Origin: a virus | Lineage: Duplodnaviria > Caudoviricetes | Length of the DNA: 53,813 bases | IMG/VR virus record: IMGVR_UViG_3300020109_000024 | Location: 1-53,813 of that record | Reading direction: 5' to 3' (one strand) | Shown: piece after piece, positions 53,425 to 53,813 of the stretch | How positions within the stretch are numbered: the stretch's first letter is position 1 | Layout: every line of letters starts with the position of its first letter | Position numbers and translations under genes: made by a program | Notes under the pieces: model-generated | What the model was told of the DNA's origin: nothing | What the model saw: only the letters and a program-made list of their open reading frames with translations | Database searches by the model: none

Positions 53425-53813
53425 TGATGACAGCGAACTATCCCGACGGCGAGACCATCGTGTCCCGCATCAAGGGCGACCGCGAACCCGTCATCTGCGG
53501 CGTCTGCCGCCGCCGGGCCACGACCGGACTCGGGTGGGCCGGGCAACAGGGCCGGCCGATCATGTGGTTGTGCGATGATCCGATCTGCGGGCAGCTCGCG
53601 AGGACGGTGTACGAGATGCCGAAGCTCAAGCTCGATGCCTTCGAGGAGGCGGCGCGGGACGATGCCGGCGAGATGGCGGGCGCCTACCTCGATTCCATCG
53701 GAAAGACGGACCTCGCCACGCTGACCGGCGAGGAGTGGGCGACCCTGCTGCATCAGGTCATTGTCGGCTTCGAGGCGGGCCTGCGCACTCGCATTCTCAA
53801 GGGCATGGCACCG
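53424..53813 (+). CDS. DUF6511-like protein; continues across the circular junction to the stop at 131-133
   Basis: MMTANYPDG...CGVC...C....C...AYLDSIGKTDLATLTGEEW...MAPF*. Confidence 0.75.
   Translation, partial: MMTANYPDGETIVSRIKGDREPVICGVCRRRATTGLGWAGQQGRPIMWLCDDPICGQLARTVYEMPKLKLDAFEEAARDDAGEMAGAYLDSIGKTDLATLTGEEWATLLHQVIVGFEAGLRTRILKGMAP
53688..53813. repeat. 126-bp terminal direct repeat (right copy)
   Basis: Identical to 2-127. Confidence 0.95.

Overview
The window is an apparently complete, circular (excised/attP-form) ~53.7-kb temperate lambda-like siphophage genome. Bases 2-127 repeat exactly at 53688-53813 and one ORF reads through the junction. The host is probably a high-GC Alphaproteobacterium (Methylobacterium-like; inferred from GC content, GAAC-N7-GAAC LexA boxes and the initiator-tRNA anticodon stem). 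Gene order: primase-polymerase; a low-GC moron (amino-MTase plus stand-alone winged-helix); NusG-like antiterminator; tRNA-fMet; a lambda-type head and tail cluster with G/GT -1 frameshift and a 2464-aa mosaic tail-tip protein; lysis genes; a ~5-kb accessory region; attP in a tRNA-Lys(CTT) 3' half; tyrosine integrase; leftward early operon; cI/cro switch; recombination/replication genes. The most interesting items are: (1) an XRE + ImmA/IrrE protease + unannotated 46-aa protein module, whose leader can switch between RBS-sequestered and RBS-free folds; (2) an SF2 helicase fused to an HPD-containing J-domain; (3) three host LexA boxes in front of the MTase, a ShosTA-like DprA/PRTase pair and a small protein ending in an SSB-tail-like DDDLPF; (4) two paralogous tandem zinc-finger proteins on opposite sides of attP. 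All calls come from reading motifs by eye; no database search or folding computation was run.
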